A stretch of 64,000 nucleotides of DNA from Nitrospina sp. GTDB taxonomy: Bacteria > Nitrospinota > Nitrospinia > Nitrospinales > VA-1. The position numbers and the translations under genes are program-made. Location of the stretch: assembly GCA_018653085.1 (NCBI GenBank), contig JABIAY010000053.1, positions 64,561 to 128,560 on the forward strand, written 5' to 3'. Positions 59,591-64,000 of the stretch are shown piece by piece. Numbering within the stretch: the first letter of the stretch is position 1; every line of letters begins with the position of its first letter. The notes under the pieces were generated by a model. It was given only the letters and a program-made list of their open reading frames with translations. It was not told the DNA's origin and did no database searches.

Positions 59591-59675
59591 TGGTGCGGAT
59601 GAGAGGACTTGAACCTCCACTCCGTAAGGAACATGATCCTAAATCATGCGCGTCTGCCAATTCCGCCACATCCGC
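59591..59675 (-). tRNA. tRNA-Leu (anticodon TAG)
   Basis: The minus strand reads GCGGATGTGGCGGAATTGGCAGACGCGCATGATTTAGGATCATGTTCCTTACGGAGTGGAGGTTCAAGTCCTCTCATCCGCACCA. It has a 7-bp acceptor stem, anticodon loop TTTAGGA, a long variable arm, T-loop GGTTCAAGTCC and an encoded CCA. Confidence 0.92.
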
Positions 59676-59809
59676 ATTATATTTCAAGGGTTTATACGAT
59701 AGTTTCTGACCCTGGTTCTTTGGCTGTTTCAAAGGGGTATGAGCCTGCAGACAACCTGTCTAGTCAATATATCATTTAATAGAAAAGGATTCCGCAAATA
59801 TCTGGCCTC

Positions 59810-60325
59810 TCAAGGATTTTCATCCTTCTTTTTCATTTCCTCATGGAGCTGTGAAATTTCTTCCTGAAGATTTTCAAAATCGACTTCTCCTCTTACGCAA
59901 TAATTTTTGAGATAGGAATACATAAGGAGGACACAAGCCCAGGCATCAAAAACTTCCCCACTTTTTTCACATCGTTTTTCCAAAGCGGAAAAACTGCCTT
60001 CAATTTGTTCCAGGATCTTACAGAAATTGACGACCTCGTTGTTCTCATCCAAATCTTTATGAACAGCAAATGCGCCAGACTCTTCGTTAACTTGTGATTC
60101 TTTGAGCGCCTTGTACTGATCTTCTATCTGCTTTAAATCGATGCTGGAATTTTCACAATAAAGACGCAGATTGCTGAAGGCGATGAACAGGCACTCGTAC
60201 CCACCGATTTGGCGAGGCTCTTCATTTTCATCAGAAACCAGTTCGGCAATATCATCTTCGACTGCATCGAACATTTCGAAAAATGCATCGAGCTGGTTTT
60301 CGTTTTGGGATTCGTCGTGTGCCAT
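59810..60325 (-). CDS. Hypothetical acidic protein
   Basis: 171 aa, Glu/Asp-rich, predicted helical, no recognisable motif. Its start overlaps the stop of the upstream hexapeptide-repeat gene by 1 nt. Confidence 0.55.
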   Translation of the reverse strand: MAHDESQNENQLDAFFEMFDAVEDDIAELVSDENEEPRQIGGYECLFIAFSNLRLYCENSSIDLKQIEDQYKALKESQVNEESGAFAVHKDLDENNEVVNFCKILEQIEGSFSALEKRCEKSGEVFDAWACVLLMYSYLKNYCVRGEVDFENLQEEISQLHEEMKKKDENP

Positions 60326-61122
60326 TATTTTCGTATGGACCGGGGTTTGCGATCTTTCGGGACGAGCAGGGTTCCGGCAGGGTAGTAGCCTTTGGGGATG
60401 GTCAGGCCGGGGTAGACCCAGACATCTTTTCCGATCAGCGTACCGGGGCAGACGATGGCATTACAACCCAGTTCAACATTATCGCCGATTACCGCACCCA
60501 GTTTTTCCATTCCGGTATCCAGAACTTCGGAGTCGAGAGGGATATGGATAGGGTTGATATAGCCCTTACGTTTTTCATCGGCACTTCTCAGTTGCAGGTT
60601 TGCCAGCTTCGACCCTGCTCCCAGGTTGACATGGCTCCCTATAATGCTGTCACCGATATAATTGAAATGGCCCGCTTCGGTATGATCCATGAGAATGCTG
60701 TTTTTCAATTCGGTGGCATGGCCGATCACGCTGTGGTTTCCGATCAGGGCGTTCCCGCGGATATAGGCTCCCTGCCGGATATCGCAGTCCTCTCCAATCA
60801 TGGCAGGACCCTTTATTATGGCCGAAGGCTCCAATTGCGTTCCTTTGCCAATGAAGATATCCAGTTCCTTCAAGTAAATCGGTTCTGCCAGATCGACCCA
60901 GTCCTCGACGTAAAATCCCTGTTCGCCTCGGTGGTAACTGGCGGAATCCAGAGTGGTCCTTATCCCGGCCAAATGGGAGGCATAAGACCCGCCAGAGACT
61001 TTTTTGCGTATCAACTGCTTCACCCGGGATTCCAGTGTTTTTAACGGGTCCCATACGTGTTCACAATCGGCAAAAATATCCGGTTCGCTCAGGTCTGAAA
61101 AAAATAGATTTAAATCTTTCAT
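60325..61122 (-). CDS. Hexapeptide-repeat (left-handed beta-helix) protein resembling the GlmU acetyltransferase domain, with no nucleotidyltransferase domain
   Basis: About 265 aa from MKDLNLFF (ATG 61122, GGAGG 8 nt upstream). ATELKNSILMDHTEAGHFNYIGDSIIGSHVNLGAGSKLAN parallels the GlmU C-terminal pattern (E.K.S..G.GSKA.HL.YIGD..IG..VNIGAGT). The ORF-track extension to 61164 is repeat sequence. Confidence 0.65.
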   Translation of the reverse strand: MKDLNLFFSDLSEPDIFADCEHVWDPLKTLESRVKQLIRKKVSGGSYASHLAGIRTTLDSASYHRGEQGFYVEDWVDLAEPIYLKELDIFIGKGTQLEPSAIIKGPAMIGEDCDIRQGAYIRGNALIGNHSVIGHATELKNSILMDHTEAGHFNYIGDSIIGSHVNLGAGSKLANLQLRSADEKRKGYINPIHIPLDSEVLDTGMEKLGAVIGDNVELGCNAIVCPGTLIGKDVWVYPGLTIPKGYYPAGTLLVPKDRKPRSIRK

Positions 61123-61126
61123 ACGG

Positions 61127-61244
61127 AGTACCTCCGCCGGCGAACCGCCGGTGGCAGATAGCAAAGACCCGTCAAGCCGAGGGGACTCTTTGCTCGCCAG
61201 CGAACGCTATTGCCAGTTGGGTCCAGCGTCACGCTGGCGGTTAG
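61127..61244 (-). repeat. Repeat locus R12 (inverted A unit plus CCGGCG hairpin)
   Basis: The reverse complement reads CTAACCG CCAGCGTGACGCTGG ACCCAACTGGCAATAGCGTTCGCTGGCGAGCAAAGAGTCCCCTCGGCTTGAC ... CCACCGGCGGTTCGCCGGCGG. It contains the TAA stop of the mutase gene and abuts the SD of the next gene. Confidence 0.88.
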
Positions 61245-63289
61245 TGGTTGATGTACCATTTGCCGAGAGGGGTCAGGCTGTTTCCCTCGCGACTCAATTG
61301 AATAAGGTTCTGCTTTTTCATTTCGTTAATCAGCCTGGATTTGTACTGGTTTTTTATTTCCAGCTCTTCATCGGTGACTGGCCTCGCAGCGATTTGGCTG
61401 AGAGCATCCAGTTCTACTTTATAAAAAGAGTTGTCACGGTCTTTGAGCAGAGAGGTCAAAAGTTTAATAGCCTCCAGCCCGATTTTTTTCAGTTTCCCGG
61501 CGTCCGATTTTCTTCCACGCAGGTTAACGCTGATTTTGTTTTCGGTGCCGGAATTTCTTACAAAGATACCGGCTTCCCCCCCTGATAGGGAAATATACAA
61601 CATATCCGGGTCGTCAGGGAAGTTTCGCGTTCGGGTGGAGTACCCGCTTTGCTTCGCGGTTTGAAATAGTAGCCGCTTAACTTTTTTCCATACTTGAGAA
61701 TCCCGGCAGAATAGTTCCTGGCGAATATAATACGTGTAAAGAGTGGATTTGAATCCGGGTAAAAAGGGCTGGCGAACAGACTGGATATACCTTTTAGGCG
61801 ACAGGGTTGCGGCCAGATGCTCGGTGGCGGCAAAGGTATTGAGAGCACTTTTTAATCCATTGCCGGAGTATATTTGTACTTCTTTTTTGTCGGGCAGAGT
61901 TAAATAGCCGGTGGTGATGTTGTGCCCCGTTTCCTCACTGCCTACCGCCAGAACATGGGAATTATTTTTTGTTGCGGCCGGATTCTCTAGAATAGATGCT
62001 TCGAGATTTTTAAGGTCCGCCACTCGTGTCACGCCTTTTTTTTGTAGCGATGCGATTTTATTTTTAAGTTTTTTCTGCGTTGTGAGCATCGATAGTTTTT
62101 GTTGCAACAGCGCGAGGCGGATTTTAAGCAGGATCCATTTATCACCAACAGCTGTGAGCAGAGGGGTCAGCCCCATTAACTCGGCAGAGGCAGAGGCGTT
62201 GAGGTCGCTTTCCACAGTATTGATATAAAGCGATCCGCCGTATTTTTGGGGAAAGCGGGATACCAAATGTCGTGCCTGCAGGATGGCTGTCTCGTCTCCG
62301 CTTAAGACCCACAGGGTATCTTGAAACGGATCGTATTCCAGGCGGAAGAAACGATCGCCATCGGCATCGAAAATGGCTCCGGCAATTCTTTTTTTTCCGC
62401 ACTCTGCGGATTTCTGGTTTGCCCGGCCCAACTGAAAAAGTTTGACGATGGCTTTGTGGAAGCGGAAAGGTCCGGCGGGTTGCAGGATCATGTCTGCGGT
62501 GATGCGGGGGCACCCTTCCAGGTCAGCGACTCCAGAGCGCAGGTTTACCGCGCCATTTTTTCCTGCGTTGACTTCGACTACTTTGCCGACTCCGGCGTCC
62601 TTAAAAATTTGCGCGGCGATTCCTGTGAACGCCCCGAAAGCGGGGTCAACAACCAGAATGAGGGCTTTTAAAGTGTCGGGAGAATTGATCCAGGAGTTTT
62701 CAGGCCGCAGGGAAAAATGCTGAAACAGTGCCAACGCTTTTTGTCGGCAATCGGTTCTTCCTCCTTTCAGGGGAAGTTTTTTAATGGCGTTTTGTTTGAG
62801 CAGGCTTTGGGTCAGGTCGATATCGTCAGAAGGTAACGGCTTCATGCCATGAAAAGGCAGGAAAAGTTTTATTCCGTTTTGATCCTTAGGGTTGTGGGAT
62901 GCGGTGACCATGATGCCACCATCGTCGCCATTATGTAGCATAAATAGCGGCACCAGGGGAGTCGGCACTACACCCAGAACCCTGGCCTCACCCCCCGCTT
63001 TGCGGACACCCCGAACTACCGCTTCCGTAAAGGTGCCGGAAGGATCTCTGGGGTCCCAGCCGATGACGAAGGTTCTTTTTTTGTGTGCGGACGATTGATT
63101 TTTGACGTAGCAATAGACGTAAAGCTCCATAAACTCTTCGGTGATCCAGCCCTTTGCAAGAAAAACTTGTAGTGGAGTCGACCCTCTGCATTCTGAGTCT
63201 TTTGCCGATCTGATTTCCCGGCGAATCCCATCGGTACCCTGCAAGCGGTCGGGCACAATGGGTTGCATTGGGATCGTTTTAGGTTTCAT
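61241..63289 (-). CDS. Alpha-D-phosphohexomutase superfamily protein (GlmM/AGM1-like) with insertions and a C-terminal extension
   Basis: 682 aa. Phosphoserine loop GIMVTASHNPKDQNGIKL, metal loop FDADGDRF, sugar loop GSEETGHN, phosphate loop RNSGTENKISV. An extra ~90 aa tail follows domain IV. Confidence 0.8.
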   Translation of the reverse strand: MKPKTIPMQPIVPDRLQGTDGIRREIRSAKDSECRGSTPLQVFLAKGWITEEFMELYVYCYVKNQSSAHKKRTFVIGWDPRDPSGTFTEAVVRGVRKAGGEARVLGVVPTPLVPLFMLHNGDDGGIMVTASHNPKDQNGIKLFLPFHGMKPLPSDDIDLTQSLLKQNAIKKLPLKGGRTDCRQKALALFQHFSLRPENSWINSPDTLKALILVVDPAFGAFTGIAAQIFKDAGVGKVVEVNAGKNGAVNLRSGVADLEGCPRITADMILQPAGPFRFHKAIVKLFQLGRANQKSAECGKKRIAGAIFDADGDRFFRLEYDPFQDTLWVLSGDETAILQARHLVSRFPQKYGGSLYINTVESDLNASASAELMGLTPLLTAVGDKWILLKIRLALLQQKLSMLTTQKKLKNKIASLQKKGVTRVADLKNLEASILENPAATKNNSHVLAVGSEETGHNITTGYLTLPDKKEVQIYSGNGLKSALNTFAATEHLAATLSPKRYIQSVRQPFLPGFKSTLYTYYIRQELFCRDSQVWKKVKRLLFQTAKQSGYSTRTRNFPDDPDMLYISLSGGEAGIFVRNSGTENKISVNLRGRKSDAGKLKKIGLEAIKLLTSLLKDRDNSFYKVELDALSQIAARPVTDEELEIKNQYKSRLINEMKKQNLIQLSREGNSLTPLGKWYINH

Positions 63290-63360
63290 GTGAAACTGGG
63301 TGCTCGAAAGGGTGAGTGGGTTTCAAAGGTTTTTTCGTAGCCGACAGATTGTAACATAGG

Positions 63361-63420
63361 GGCCACCGGTGAGCCACCGCCAGCATGATGCTGGACCCAA
63401 CTGGCAATGGTTTGTTGGGT
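63361..63420 (+). repeat. Repeat locus R13 (A unit with compensated hairpin)
   Basis: GGCCACCGGTGAGCCACCG CCAGCATGATGCTGG (63380-63394) ACCCAACTGGCAATGGTTTGTTGGGTTGAG. The stem differs from CCAGCGT/ACGCTGG by a paired G:C to A:T change. Confidence 0.8.
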
Positions 63421-63527
63421 TGAGAAAAACGGTTTCTTGCCAGAAAAAACGATTGCACACTAAAAGGTTTTTGCTGGATTTTGATTTTTTGGGGAACGGT
63501 TTTGGGAGTTTTTCAGCAATATGCGGG

Positions 63528-63983
63528 CTAGGGGTAAAGAACGACCGAGGACCAGAAAAGACCAATGGCTTTTTTAAATTGTTCCATTTCCTGGGGGCCT
63601 CCTGGTTTTTTCAAATAGCTGTTGGCGCCATTTTCATAAGCATTTTGAACATCAGCGGAAGAGGAAGAGGTGGTCAACATGATGGTAGGAAGTCTTTTCA
63701 AACGAGGGTCCTCCTTGATAATTTTCGCCACCTCCAACCCGTTTTTCTTGGGAAGCCTGATATCCAGAAAAACCAAGTCTGGCACAGGATATCGGGTTTC
63801 ATCCTGATATTCTCCCTTGTGGAACAAATAGTCTACTGCCTGCTCGCCATCCTGCACCCACTGTATTGAAGTTTTTTCACTACAATTTTTCAAGATAGCT
63901 TTTAAAAAATCGTAATCATCGGCATCATCCTCTACTACCAATACCGAAACTTCGTCTTTAGGGTCTGTAACTGCTTTAATCAT
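63528..63983 (-). CDS. Stand-alone response regulator receiver domain (CheY-like)
   Basis: 151 aa. Acidic pocket VLVVEDDADD, phospho-acceptor Asp in LVFLDIRLP, conserved T (MLTTS) and K (YLKKP). No output domain. Confidence 0.88.
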   Translation of the reverse strand: MIKAVTDPKDEVSVLVVEDDADDYDFLKAILKNCSEKTSIQWVQDGEQAVDYLFHKGEYQDETRYPVPDLVFLDIRLPKKNGLEVAKIIKEDPRLKRLPTIMLTTSSSSADVQNAYENGANSYLKKPGGPQEMEQFKKAIGLFWSSVVLYP

Positions 63984-64000
63984 TTGCTGTGCCTTTCTGG

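Noticed and set aside
59591-59809. tRNA-Leu as an integration site for a genomic island.
   Set aside because: There is no integrase gene, no direct repeat of the tRNA 3' end anywhere in the window, and the flanking tig-clpP-clpX-lon synteny is the conserved core arrangement.

Overview
This 64 kb chromosomal segment comes from a diderm (outer-membrane) bacterium and is almost entirely core housekeeping genes. I call about 50 CDS and one tRNA, with no rRNA, CRISPR array, cas gene, transposase, integrase or phage gene. Recognisable blocks, in order:

- a sensor kinase and metH, then clpC;
- an outer-membrane and lipid A cluster (bamA-skp-fabZ-lpxA-oxidoreductase-lpxI-lpxB-DUF374);
- glnB-glnA-glnE;
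- cimA-lysC-apgM-like;
- an envelope operon (MBL hydrolase, DUF898, M48 peptidase, GT-C glycosyltransferase, hldD) that converges on def-fmt-uxs-radC-gmhA-hldE;
- argJ-argC and rplM-rpsI;
- shc, followed by two orphan lipoprotein genes;
- glnK-amt and nirB-nirD-nirC;
- tRNA-Leu-tig-clpP-clpX-lon;
- a phosphohexomutase / hexapeptide transferase / acidic protein operon, and a stand-alone response regulator.

The taxon cannot be fixed from sequence alone. Gene content fits a Nitrospinota-, Nitrospirota- or Deltaproteobacteria-like organism, but that is a guess.

The most unusual signal is non-coding. A dense network of modular GC-rich palindromic repeats fills most intergenic gaps (at least 14 loci). 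Its hairpin module shows compensatory stem variation. It overlaps the 3' ends or stop codons of at least eight genes; SHC and the nitrite/formate channel end in the same repeat-encoded tail. In two places it abuts a ribosome-binding site.

Secondary leads:
- sigma-54-type promoters (TGGCAY-N5-TTGA) before all three nitrogen-assimilation operons, and a perfect sigma-54 promoter before an orphan lipoprotein gene;
- an uncharacterised DUF898-M48 membrane pair inside an envelope operon;
- an apgM-like gene coupled to lysC;
- a mutase / GlmU-C-like / acidic protein operon;
- a His/Asp-rich insert in trigger factor.

All calls rest on reading the sequence and the ORF translations. No database search was possible.
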